Shown: one piece after another, positions 38,842 through 50,521 of the stretch
Layout: the number at the start of each line of letters is the position of its first letter
How positions within the stretch are numbered: the first letter of the stretch is position 1
DNA from: Atractiella rhizophila
Lineage: Eukaryota
DNA: 52,003 nt
Assembly (NCBI GenBank): GCA_021432655.1
Contig: MU271263.1
Location: 62,001-114,003 of the forward strand
Direction: 5' to 3'
Position numbers and translations under genes: made by a program
Notes under the pieces: generated by a model
The model's database searches: none
What the model saw: only the letters and a program-made list of their open reading frames with translations
Told to the model about the DNA's origin: nothing

Positions 38842-41711
38842 ATGGCCACCGCTGCCAATGCGACAAACGGAGTGAATGGCGCGAATGGACATGCGAATGG
38901 AGCGGGAGTTGCTGAGGTGAGCCTTGGTTGTCTGAACACATGAGTCGTAACGCTTTGGCACGGTGTTTTTCGATTTAATATCTTGCAAATGTTAATGAAC
39001 TATATGGTCATGATGTTTTTTGTGTGGTTGATGCCAGGTGTAAACCTTCGTTACATTTTGGTATGCCTGATGGGAAGAAATGATGTTCCGTAGAGGCGAG
39101 CGCAAAGGACGGAGGGCTGCGTTGACAGGCTCCCTACTGACATTTATCCAACACTTACTAACCAGCGCGATTGGAACAGGACGACAATCTGATTTACCCT
39201 CCACCAGAGATTAAAGTAATTGTCGACAAGACTGCTGCCTCTATTGCGGCAAACCCCAATCCACAGTCGTTCGAAGCCAAGGTTCGAGAACGAGCACGGA
39301 CTGACACTCGCTTTGCCTTCCTCCTTACCACAGATCCCTACTATGCTTACTATCAGAAGAAGCTGTCTGACTTGAGAGAGGGAAAGACGGAGGAGGCCAT
39401 AAAGAAGGTCGAAAAAAAGGCAGAGGAGAAAGCGGAGGAGGATGGTGACAAGGAGCCCTCGAAGCCGGAAAGAGATTTGGAATTTATCGTTGAGAGGGGG
39501 TTACATATTAATCATGTCGATTTGTGAGTGACTCTGAACTACATTTAAGGGGTTCTGTGAATTGAACCTTGTCGTCGCAGAGACATTATCCATCTCACAG
39601 CCCTTTTTGCCGCCCGTTCAGGAAGGCGATTCGTTTCCGAGCTCTCGCAAAGGGAGCGCCAAAACTACCAATTCGACTTTCTCCGCCCCTCTCACAGTCT
39701 CAATCGTTATTTTAATAAGCTTATCGAATTGTACACCAAGATTCTCATTCCGGACAAGGCAACTCTTTCCATGCTCGAACGTCGAGGAGGCGTCAACTTC
39801 TCAGGTTCTGAGGAAGAGAAGAGCCTTGCTGCGAGGAAAGAATTGCTGACGGATATCAACAAGCGCGTCGAGCACACGCGTTTTCAGCTAGGGAGGATCA
39901 AAGCCATCTCAGATCTGGAAGCAAAGGAGAGAATGGAGTTCGAAAGCATCGATTGGCAGGATTTCATCGTAGTATCTTCCGTCGAGTTTACAGAGGGAGA
40001 AGAGATCGGAATCGTTGAGCTCCCGCCCCCAATGAGCGTACAGGAGATAGAGAATATGAGTATCAAGGAGAAGAGGATGGCGGCGCTTGTCATGGAAGGA
40101 AAGGACGAAGAGGTAGCACTTGCGCAGAAAGCAGAGCAGTTGGCGGTTGTTGAAGAAGAGGAGGAGGACGAAGGTGTAGAGATGGAAGACGAGGTCAGGG
40201 AAGAGGAAGTTATCAAGGTGGCTGATACAAGTGGTGGTGTGGTGAAAGTGCGGAAAGACTACGTCCCGAAGTGTGAGTATAACTGGTTTTTTTTGTACGT
40301 TTTTCGCGTGCTGAAAGATACTGTTTGCTAGCAAAACGGCAGCCGAAAGTCCCCATGTCTCTCTGCCAAATTTGCGGACAGCAAGTACCCGATGCAGAGT
40401 TCGCGGAACACGTCCGAATAGAGCTCCTGGATCCTCGTTGGAAGGAGAAGAAGGCTGCCTTAGAAGCTCATCGAAGTGCGGCGAATCTGGCGACCGCTGG
40501 TTGGTTCTCCCTTTGCACAGTTGAAGCGTCCAATTGAAATCGAAATGTTAGGTACCGATGTTACAAAAAATCTGCGAGAGTTTGCAGCTGTGCGAACGGA
40601 TTTGTTCTCAACAACTGCAGAAGAAGAGGCGAAGAGGCAGGAGGCGGAAGCCAAAGCAAAGCAGAGGGAGAGGGAGAAGGTTGTCTGGGACGGTCATGCT
40701 GCCACGAGGGATGCAGTCACGGAACGATTCCAAACAGGTGTAAACCTGCAAGAACAGATCGAGGCCCTTCACAAGGCCAAAGGTCTTGTTCCGACGTGCG
40801 TCTTCCATGTCACCTTTTGACTACACTAAGTGATCATGGTTGACTGTCTGCTTAGGGAGGACACAGGCCTCCCAAAGATAGGTCCCGCCCTCCCTGGTCA
40901 ACCTCAAATTCTGGATCCCTCAGCCCCTATGCCGCCCCCTCTGCTTGCCTCCTCCGGGGCATCTTCCGGTGCGACCATGTTCGCCGCTCCCCAGCCAATG
41001 GCGGCTCCACCCTCGATGTCTGGCCAAGGAATGCAGCCTGCTCCAATTCATTTGGGTGGGATGGGATTCCCCACGCTCCCTCCTCAAGCGCAAGCCCAGA
41101 TGCAGTATCCCACTGTACCGCATGGGCTTCCTGCGCGGCCACCAGTCCTCAATCCTGGAGAGGGCATGCAAGGCCCTCCACCTCAGACACTCCCACCAAT
41201 TTCGTTTGCCAACTATTCAGGGCTTGGCGTGAGGCCTGCTGAGGGTCCGCCGGACGATGGCCCACCAGTGAAGAGAATGAAGGTGATGAAGTTGCCGCCT
41301 GGTCAATTTTATCCAGAGAGTGACTGGTTAACCATGAACCCTGTTTGTTCTTACCCTTGTCAACACGAAAGGAAGCTAATTCGCTTATCGTAGGATCCCG
41401 TCTCGATCGTTATCAACCTACCAAGCTACCCTGAGAAACCTGAATGGGGATGTAATGGGAGTGCGATTGTGCTGGACGACGTACCACTCAATCTGATGGC
41501 TGGTAGTTTAAGAGACAGGATTATGGTATGTGTTTCATCCACTTCCATTCTTGCTACCACTCACTTTGGTGTTCCGTAGCACAAAACTGGTTGTCCAGTT
41601 GCAAAGCAGCGTCTGCTATATGGTGGAAAGATACTCAGTACTGGTATCACGCTGGCGAGCCTCAACATTGACGATGGAGATATTATTACGTTGCAGCTCA
41701 AGCAAAAATGA
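38842..41711 (+). CDS. SF3A1: Splicing factor 3A subunit 1 (Prp21/SF3A1/Sap114): SURP domains, PRP21-like domain, C-terminal ubiquitin-like domain
   Basis: Motifs IYPPPEIKVIVDKTA, QFDFLRP, ESIDWQDFIVV, EHVRIELLDPRWKE and KVVWDGH, then a Pro-rich tract and a UBL C-terminus ending QLKQK*. First exon MATAANATNG...VAE splices in phase 0 to DDNLIY. Confidence 0.95.
39079..39144 (+). ncRNA. Candidate intronic box C/D snoRNA
   Basis: C-like ATGATG and D box CTGA, preceded by CAGGCTCCCT, which is complementary to the conserved 18S rRNA sequence AGGGAGCCUG. It lies in an unusually long (263-nt) first intron. Confidence 0.35.
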
Positions 41712-41861
41712 TGTACTGTCACTGGAATAGTAAATAACCTGTGAAGTTGAACATTGATGACACTTAGTTTCTGATTGACTGTGACGCGAAAACCTTCGAC
41801 ATCGTTGACATCTTGTCCTCGTTCGTTGGTTCCTGTGTGTGTTTCCCATGCGCAAAAACTT

Positions 41862-41934
41862 CGCCCAACGTGGGGCTCGAACCCACGACACTCAGATTAA
41901 GAGTCTGATGCTCTACCGACTGAGCTAGCCGGGC
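41862..41934 (-). tRNA. tRNA-Lys(CUU), intronless
   Basis: The reverse complement GCCCGGCTAGCTCAGTCGGTAGAGCATCAGACTCTTAATCTGAGTGTCGTGGGTTCGAGCCCCACGTTGGGCG folds as a canonical cloverleaf with anticodon CTT. Confidence 0.97.
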
Positions 41935-42809
41935 TGAATTGCACGCATAGCCTTTGTTTATACTTATCCAAACAAAGCAACAAAGTCTTTGTTTAACCCT
42001 GACTTGTGCCACAAGAAAAAAAAATAATGACTACATTATGCTTGCGTTTTTTTTGGTGCTATGAGGATTTGAAGAAGCTTCTTTGACCATCTCTAGAGGT
42101 CATGTGATGAATAGAGACCACTGACAAGACGATACCAAATTGAGTTAACCGTTTGGAGAATGGTCCGCAGAAAGGTTGGGTTGCGACGTTAGGCTACAGT
42201 GGGTAGGAAGAAGCCTCCTTCCGGGCCCATGAAGTGGCGTGTTGTTGTGTTGAAGGGCTTACTGACAGAATTCTAGAAGAGGCAGTAGAACAAAGAGGAG
42301 CGCTCGGTTTGATCATGGCCGGTTATGAGGAATGGAGGCTGGAGATTGAAGAGGAAGATGATTGAGAAGGGATTTCGAAGATGTCTGCCAGTGATCGAAG
42401 TAACCTCCGTCTCTTGGGTTGTTGCCCGCTGCCTCATGTGCCCTGTCAAAGATCCTATGCACATTCAGGATGGAGACCGAACCAGGCGCTATGCCGTTCT
42501 AGTTGAGACATTGGCGGAAATCAGCATCTGGATGTTCTGTATCTGACAACGTGCTCGTGATCTCCTCCGGAGGACCATCGAACTAATGTCATCCTCCTCT
42601 CGTCTTTCTCTCCTACATCAAGAACCAATCAGCAACAGCTCAATCCGTGCCAGGAAGAATAGGATAGACGGACCTTCCACGCTGCTTCCCAGTCTTCTCT
42701 GCGAGGTCTTCTGTGGCTCGATCTTCCCACAAACCTCCTTAAACGCTCACGTACCTCTCGCTTGTCTATGGGAGCGTAACAGCACAAGCGCATCTGCCCC
42801 ATCTCTTCA

Positions 42810-44588
42810 TCAAAGAACAGTTCCGGCTCCTCCTCTTTCTCTTTCGCATCCAGCTCTCCAGCTGCAAGGATCCCCGTCACTTCCTGGAGAAGCAGCTCCA
42901 CTCAGTCCCAAAATGACCCTCGCTTCCTCTATCTCATAATTCATGTCACTCTGATGATCGCCACAATCGCAAACTCGTGCATGCGAAAAGTCAAGGAGAT
43001 AAACTCTTTCCGATCCGAAGTAAAAGTTTTGAGTTCGAATATCGCCGTGAAGGACGCCGAATTCGTGCACTTTCTTCAACGCCACCACGGCTTTTTCCCT
43101 AGAAAGCGAGATAAAATATGCGTCAACCGATCAGTGACAAACCTACCTCGATGTGAATGACATCTTCTCGACATCCTGGTCGAAAGCACCTTTCAGTATT
43201 TCCATCAATATGACCCCGAACCGTTCCTCCACTCCTTCGTAGCTTCCATAAACCTTCGGGATATACTCCCCTTGTAGGTTCGAAAGTCGCTCGTATGCAG
43301 CGACTTCTTGTCGAAAGTAGTCCATATCGGTTAGGCTTCGATCTTTCATCCTTCTCAAACCTTTGTAGTACTTGACCGCTAACTTCTCACTGCCCAAGGT
43401 TGCTTCGAAAACCGTTGCGAATCCTCCCCACCCAAGGGCTTCGGCGACTTCCAACCGCTTCTCCCCCCAGAGCTTCGACTAGAGGTAGACATCAATAGCT
43501 GGCAGCTAGATGAGAGGAACAAACAATTATGCCAACTGGGCGGACTGGGTAAAGCTTCGAGTTAAGAACGGACAAAGTGAAAACGACATCCAGACCACAC
43601 TGAAAGGCAACGATTAGCGATCGTACCTACCGCGGAATGAGACCACTTACCGCAATGGCCAGGTTTCGTTGTTTGACGTCTGTGCGTCCTTTCTCCTTGA
43701 TGCCATGTAGCCCAGAAAGAGACTTCGTAGCAGGTGGAATTTGAGGTGCTGACGAGAGGGGAGGGTGATCGGAAGGCGGAAAAAGGATTGCATCGTCCAA
43801 ACACATGCCGACGATCGTTTTGATAACTCGAGAACCGACGACATTGTACCTATCGGAACACAATAGGTAGGATCGATCGGATGTGATGACTCGCTGGAAA
43901 AAGATGAAAGACGTTCCACCAAAGAGTAGGCCAAAGGTCGCGTTGTTTATGGACATCTTTTTCCCTAGCTTGGGAAATTGTTAGGTTGGTGAGAGAGAAG
44001 GACTGGACGAACTTTTGTCACTATTGAACGTGCTCCAGCTTCAGTTGCTTCGCCCGCGTGATACAGGTTGGTGCCATAACCATCGTCGCTCTTGCCCATG
44101 GCAACAATTTGGTCTCCATAGTTAGTAGAAATGCATAGGCTTTTGAGTTCGACTTGGACCTTGGTGTCCTGATCGACCGCGAACCTGCCGTCGGTGCGAG
44201 CACCTTGATTAGCGGGATCACGTTCAAATTCTAGGATCAAGTTAGTCGCTTCTTCGAAAGCATCCGTGATAGCAAGCCGCCAAGAGGCGAACGCCTGAGT
44301 ATTAGCGATGCTTTCGTCTCCGACAGGGTTTCGAGCGATAGCGCGCAAGTGAACGCGCAAAGACGTTTGAAGCTGATTTGAGGCGAGTTTGGATCCCAAG
44401 ATACGCTCTGTGGCGTCGCAAACGTCTTCGAGGAAGCGAGGTCGATGGCGGAGGTGATAGGGACGAAGTCTCGCATGCTCCGCTCTGAAGTTTTCGAGGC
44501 TGGCGGTTGGAGTCGAGTCTGGGACTTTCCTGAGTCGAGTATCCAAAGGAAGGACAGTGCGATCGAGGAGGTCGGCTATGGTGGACAT
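42810..44588 (-). CDS. PD-(D/E)xK-like nuclease + atypical kinase fusion protein (Crinkler-REase-kinase/Spok-like architecture), 5 exons; 3' end uncertain
   Basis: Nuclease-like part: RTDG...VQVELKS then SIVTK|LGKKMSINNATFGLLFGGTSFIFFQR. Kinase part: LGWGGFATVF, LAVK, QEVAAYERL...IPKVYG, HGDIRTQNF, LLDFSHA. Four GT-AG introns keep the frame. Confidence 0.75.
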
Positions 44589-44816
44589 GGCGACTCCAAC
44601 AGATTGCTTCGCATCGGGGCGGATACTGTGAGCAACAGGGTCCTTGTGGTCATCGGAGATCCTTACACGAGGAGGTTGTCGCAGGCTTAGTAATCAGTCA
44701 TCTCAACCCTCATGCCTCCAACATTGCAGTCAACCTGGAAAGCAAAACTCTCAACATGGAAGAAGGCGGCACTGTACAAAGAGACACTACTCCGATTCCT
44801 ACTTTTGTCGCAACTA

Positions 44817-47212
44817 TGCCTCACGCGACTCCTTCTAACAAGAGGAAGGCAGATAAGTCAGGGTTCACATCAAACAAGCGGATTCGCATCTTTCAGCGCG
44901 TAGCACGCTATCAGCAGCTCGATAGTCGCATCCAGGCTGAACCTCGTCCCACCCTAGTCCCAGTTCTGCGCCGCAAGGTACCCAACGGTAGCTATACCGT
45001 ACTTTCCGAAGAATTGAAGACGTTTCATGAGGAGGATTGGGAGGATGCGCAGACGCTCGAAGACTTTATGAAGCGCATGTACGAAGTAAGTGAACTCGTG
45101 ACGTTCTTAAGATAAAGAGCATGACGAAGCCTTCAGGACGTTTTGCCGAACTCAGTCGTCAGATATCACGTAGTGGACGAACCGTTGCAGTTATGGGGCA
45201 ACGTCACCCAAAAGGATTCCCTCAACATGGATGGAATGGTGACTCCTGCAAGTTCGAGGCAAAACCTGCGTACTCTAGTGCAACTTGTGGAGTGGAAGTA
45301 AGGACTGGGCGAAAGAGTCAAGTCGCAAAGGGGAAAGGCAGGTAGGCGGAGGCGCTGTCTATCCGCTCGCGGCGAGACCTCGCCTTTTTTTCTGGGGTTA
45401 TTTACTCGATGGGCCTCTCAACAACAAGAAGTACTGCTGGAACTTTCATTCCCGTGGATTGAAAGCGAATCCGAGAGTCGCCGACTGACTCTTCCTCTGA
45501 GGAATCACCGTCGCAAGCCTCTAAGAAGTCGCTTTCGATTGCAGGATCAACTATGTCACCGTCAGCATCCCTAACGAACCAGGCAACGTCCGCACAACCA
45601 GGATTCAAACTGGATCTAGGAGGTCGTTTGAACGGCTTCCAAGTTACGGAAACCGGGCTCCGCTCCAAGATCGTGGCAACGGTGCTATTCCAAAGTACTC
45701 AATCACGGAGACCGGAACACAGGTTCGGGCGTGCAAAAAGATTATCTGACGGGAGGGGATACAGAGTCATCAAGCATGTGTGGCTGGACAAGGAAGGATG
45801 AAGAACACCGTTGAGCGCTTTGCCAAGTGGAGACAGAAACTCAAGGAAGGCTCTTTGGATCTCCAGGGCCAATACTGGGAGTGGCTCGAACACGCTCCCC
45901 GTTCCCTGCTTTCATTTCCCCAGTTCTCGACGAGCAAGATATTCGAGGAATATGCTTCGTGGGACAAGGAAACACCCGCAGATTCAGGTGAAGGAGCTGA
46001 TTCCCGTTCTAATCTTCCACTCTATCATCGGCCTTCCTCTTGGAGCAGCGACGAAACTGCGAGGTCCTAGACACTTTCATTGGCGTTCTCAGGCGTGAGT
46101 CCCTCGCTTAACCCCGGTGACCGCGCTATCTGATGATTTCCGACAGAGTTAGGAACTCTGAATGATCACAACTTCGCACGTCGCGATGTCTCCCATGCGA
46201 ATATTTTCATGCGGGAATGGACACCGGAGCAAAAATAAACTGATACGACTCTTGGTTGGTTAAACGATTTTGATCTCTCAATCGACGTGGCCCAGTCGGG
46301 GGACACTGGCTCTGTTGAGGGTACACGGGGCGGTAACGAAAAGCAGCACGTTGAGATATCTGTGAGTAATATCTGACGTTGCATGGATTTCCTAATGTTT
46401 AGCAAGGGTACCTTTATTTTTCTGTCTCGAAGTGCACTACAGGCTATTTGGGACATCATGTGCAACCTAGGTAAAGACCATGGCATCATCTGGGGGGTCG
46501 TACTAGGTAAGTGGACGAGGTTGGTGACGACGACACGATCATGGACGATGCCGAAGGCGGAGATACAGTCATAGATGATGTCAGCGTCACCAACGACGAC
46601 GACATCAAAGGTGATGACGACATGGTAGAGGAAAGCAGCGAATCGTCTGGTGTGAAGTCTCCCCCAACACCTCCGAATCTATCCGACCTTTACACCGACA
46701 AACCATTGTTGACGACGTCGAATCGAATCCGTTCTCTTCTGCATATTTTACGGTTTCTGCCGTTTCGTCCCCCAGGAGAGCCGACCAATCCAGAGGACTA
46801 TGGAGACGTCCATGGCGCAAGGCTCTAGGAGGATCTATGATAACAGTGAGCTTTCTTTCGTCTTCGGTGTCGGACCTCTTCCTCGTAAAGGAAAGATTCC
46901 TATCCACTGGCTGATTGCGACGGCACTCCTCAAACTGCCCTCGTGAACAAACGTAATCTCCTTAGCTCTGCACTTCCATCAAGAGAATTCCACGCGGACG
47001 TCTCTGTGCTTCTAGGCAGTTACGCCGTCGCATAGAGAGAGGACATAAAGAAGGTATTGTCGTTACTCTGGGAAGTATCCCAACCACTTCGGCTCAATAT
47101 GGCAGAAGGCAGACATCGTGAAGCTAGTGCTCCGAAGGCCGAGGTTAGCAAGATCCTCGAAAGCATGATAGACGCGTTGCAAAAGGGGAAGAAGAGCTTC
47201 GGGAAGCCATAG
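44817..47212 (+). pseudogene. Fungal-type protein kinase (FunK1/Pkinase_fungal) pseudogene
   Basis: Motifs RPRLFFWGYLLDG...WNFHSRG, FGRA...VIKHVW, RRDVSHANIF...GWLNDFDLS and GTFIFLS. In-frame stops at ~45486, ~45799 and ~46235. HRD is changed to RRD. Confidence 0.75.
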
Positions 47213-48593
47213 CGGGGACGGAGACATTGTCACGTGATCCCACCATCTGCCACAATTTCATTTCGATTTCACGGTCACCTTGATGCTTTTTCTGTGAATG
47301 GACTGCTGCTGTGCGAAGTTATTACAGTTTGCTGTTGCATTTTGGAGCTTCAAAGTTAGTCAATGCTGCAGCATCATTTGATCAGTTTGATTTACTTCAT
47401 ACCTAGAGACTTCCTGAGATGAGAGGGATTGAGCCGAGTGACAGAAGTGAGCAGGAAGTGAAAGCTTTCATGATCAGGGAATGGGAATTGAGTGGGTAGA
47501 AGTAGGTAGTAGGTGCGTAAAGAACGAGCATGTGGCGGCTTCAGCAAGAGGTTGCCAAAGAAAGGAGAAGAGATTCCCATCATGTCAAGACTGCTTTCAA
47601 GACGAGAGAGGAGAGGATTTTCGTCAGTACCTCCCGTTCAATCGACCGACAGAGGGCACTCTTGATCAAATGGCGCTAATTGATCCGCCTATTCATTGCA
47701 ATTCATGATATTTCTGTTCTCTGAGGTAGTTCCATTCCCTTTTCGAATACAATCGGTCTTTAGAACGGAACAACAGCGTCCTAAATCATCCAAACTTTGG
47801 CATTCTCGGCGGTGGGGTGCTCCTTTGAATTGCAGAGTCTATCTCTAACACGGAATACGGGGAGTGGTTGTTTGGAAGTGGTTTGCTCATGAAAAGGGCT
47901 GGTGACAGTGCTCGTGTGAGGAGCATCTTTGGAACCTGAAGATTAAGGGTAGAATAAAGTCAATTTATTCGACGGATGGAATAATAAAGGGAAAAGAATG
48001 GAGATACGAGAACAGGGCAACAGAAGAGACTTGGAAGGTTAAAGATAAAACAAACACAGCCAAATCGAGACCTGCCATTTCGGTGCTCGTTGACCACGAA
48101 CGTCTGTTGGTGAGATTGCCGACGACCTGTGTCCAGAGTGGAGTTTGAACGCACCTTGAAGAAATCATTGTTAGGAAAAGTCATTTCGAATATCGTGCGA
48201 GTAAGGCCATTTTATGAGTTGGACGTCGCAGAAAGTAAGTTTCAATTCCCTCTCAAAAGGTCAAGATGTTGTGCAGGAAAGGCTGCATGTAGAAGTAAGA
48301 GAGACGGGGTTGTGTGGTTGTTCTTGGACTTCATGAGAGGATTGAGATCTACATTCACAAGTTCCATCCATTGCAATGGTGGACGTACGTGGCAGAGCAG
48401 GGATTCCAAATAGCCTTCACACGTATATTAGGTGAAGGATAGACACATAGCCGTGCTCTCTGTGAAGCCGCATATGAGGAAGCGGCAAAAATAGTGATGA
48501 GCTTCCGAACGCGATTTCCAATTGATGATCATAAGCCTTTGTCTCCTTGCTCTTGACAAAGCTAACACGCCGACCATTCATTTAGATTGCATC

Positions 48594-48600
48594 TATATAA
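48594..48600 (+). promoter_or_regulatory. TATA-like box upstream of the patatin-NLR
   Basis: TATATAA ~100 bp upstream of ATG 48702. Confidence 0.35.
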
Positions 48601-48701
48601 CCCACAGAATCGTTGATGAAATTGGTCTTGGAAACCCATTTGACTTCAGAAACTTTTCTCCTTCCTTCAACAACCGCATCGCAATACATCGCTTTACCTA
48701 C

Positions 48702-50470
48702 ATGTCTAAAAATCCGGTCAAGGTCTTTGAAGTGCCCGAAAATATCAAGAAGGCCAATCCGTTAGGATTGCGGGTCCTTTGCATTGACAATGGCGGCATC
48801 CGCTCCTTTTCCGCTCCGTACATGCTTGAACAAATTATGCTTCAAGCCAGGCACCTTCTCAAGGTGCCAGAAGGCAAAGATCTTCGTCCCTGCGATGTTT
48901 TTGATCTAATCTGTGGGACTTCCACTGGTGGATGGATCGCACTCATGCTCGGCAGACTGGGAATGACTGTTCGACAATGCATTGCAGCGTACGAAGAGAT
49001 CATGGAGAACGTGTTTTTGAATAACGCCTCAAGCTCCAGCGACGAGCACGCTTACTCAGCGAAAAAACTCGAAGAAACTACTACTATTCCTTCGCGACGG
49101 CCGGGTCAGTACTCGTCGTGGCGCATCGTGGAGATAAAGTGGAATATTTGGGCGTGAAAGGAAATGGTCCTGTGAAGTTTGTGAAAGTCTCAGTGGATGG
49201 GTTACCGAAAGACTGTGCGCTTGCACTCTTCAAGGATTCATATCAGAGAGCGGATGGTTTCTCGCTACTGCTTGTTGAGTGGCTGGTTGAACAGCTAGAC
49301 TTCCATGCTCTATCAATCAAGCTATTCGCTCTGCGTGCTGATGAGGATCCAGTTATGACACTCGAAGACTTAGTAGACAACTGGAAAAAGAAAAAGACAG
49401 ACGTTTTATGGGATGAAGATAGTGAAGAGATACCCACCCTCCAAAAATCCATATCGTTCTCCCTCCATTCTCCTGCTCTCAAGAAGCAGGGGGTGTGTGC
49501 TGTCTTTGCACTTGCACTACTTTCTTGGGTGCCAGACGGTCTAGCCCACAATGACCTGTCAGCACTCATTTCCAGGTCTTACGAATCTCAGGATATCTTC
49601 AAAGTCATTGCTGTGATTTCAAAGATTGGACTTGCCGATAACATCAAAGGTAGGATCCATATGCTCGCTCCTATCCGTGAATACCTCAACGAACTTGTCT
49701 CTCAGTCCAAATCACCATTTTCAAGGGATGTGGCTTGGTCGCTCTTGCCTCTCGGAAACCATCTCATGCAGAAAGCTGAGTCAAACATCAAACAGTTCGA
49801 AGTCGGCAAGAATCATTTTGCATTGCTTCTCTTCCGTGAACGGTATCCGAATCTTGAACATGTCCTTCTCAAAAGCATATCTAACCTGCCGGACCCTTTA
49901 CCAATCCTTCACCACTTGGAGAACACGTCTGAGTTCCTATGCCTGAAACATCGGCTCTCAACTGCACTCTTCGAGCAGGCGATGTTTGTCGTGAACTTGG
50001 GGCTGGGAATGCTGCTCTCTCTAGGTCACAGAGAGTCTGAATGGTTAAGACTAAAGTGTTCGCTGAGTATGTCTCTTGGCCAAAGTTTTTACAACCAAGG
50101 AAAGAATGGGGATGCTGTCAAGGTGTTCAAGGAGGCAAAGGTGCTCTACATTGAAGTGGGAGATCGACTGGGTCAAGCCCACTGCATTTGCAACATTGGG
50201 GAGATTGATTTTCGATGTGGGCGGAATGATGATGCTTTGAAGGCGTACGAGGAGGTGAAGGAGCTCTACATAGAAGTGGGAGATCGACTGGGTCAAGCCA
50301 ACTGCGTCCGGAACATGGGGGCGATTGATTTTCGATGTGGGGGGAACGATGACGCTCTGAAGGCGTACGAGGAGGCGAAGGCACTCTATGTGGAAGTTGG
50401 TGACCGCAGAGGTGAAGAAGTCTGCTGGAGATCAATAGCTGATGTATGGTGCATTGTTCAAGAGCAATAA
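48702..50470 (+). pseudogene. Patatin-(NB-ARC)-TPR NLR-like gene with an internal deletion and frameshift
   Basis: Patatin motifs LRVLCIDNGGIR and DLICGTSTGG stop near 49080. The next frame begins at a sensor-1-like VLVVAHRG, followed by ALALF, LDFHALSIKL, MLAPIRE and TPRs. There is no Walker A/B or patatin DGG. Confidence 0.78.
50101..50460 (+). repeat. Three 120-bp tandem repeats encoding 40-aa TPR units
   Basis: ctcta(c/t)...gaagt(g/t)gg recurs at 50144, 50264 and 50384, giving LYIEVGDRLGQA repeats with high DNA identity. Confidence 0.92.
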
Positions 50471-50521
50471 CCGCAGTGGATGGTGGTACTACAGGCTACA
50501 GGTAAGTGGAACATAAAGCTA

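Noticed and set aside
47250..48500. HVKTAF (copia DVKTAF-like) near 47580 and short ORFs
   Set aside because: An isolated match with no neighbouring RT motifs; probably chance.
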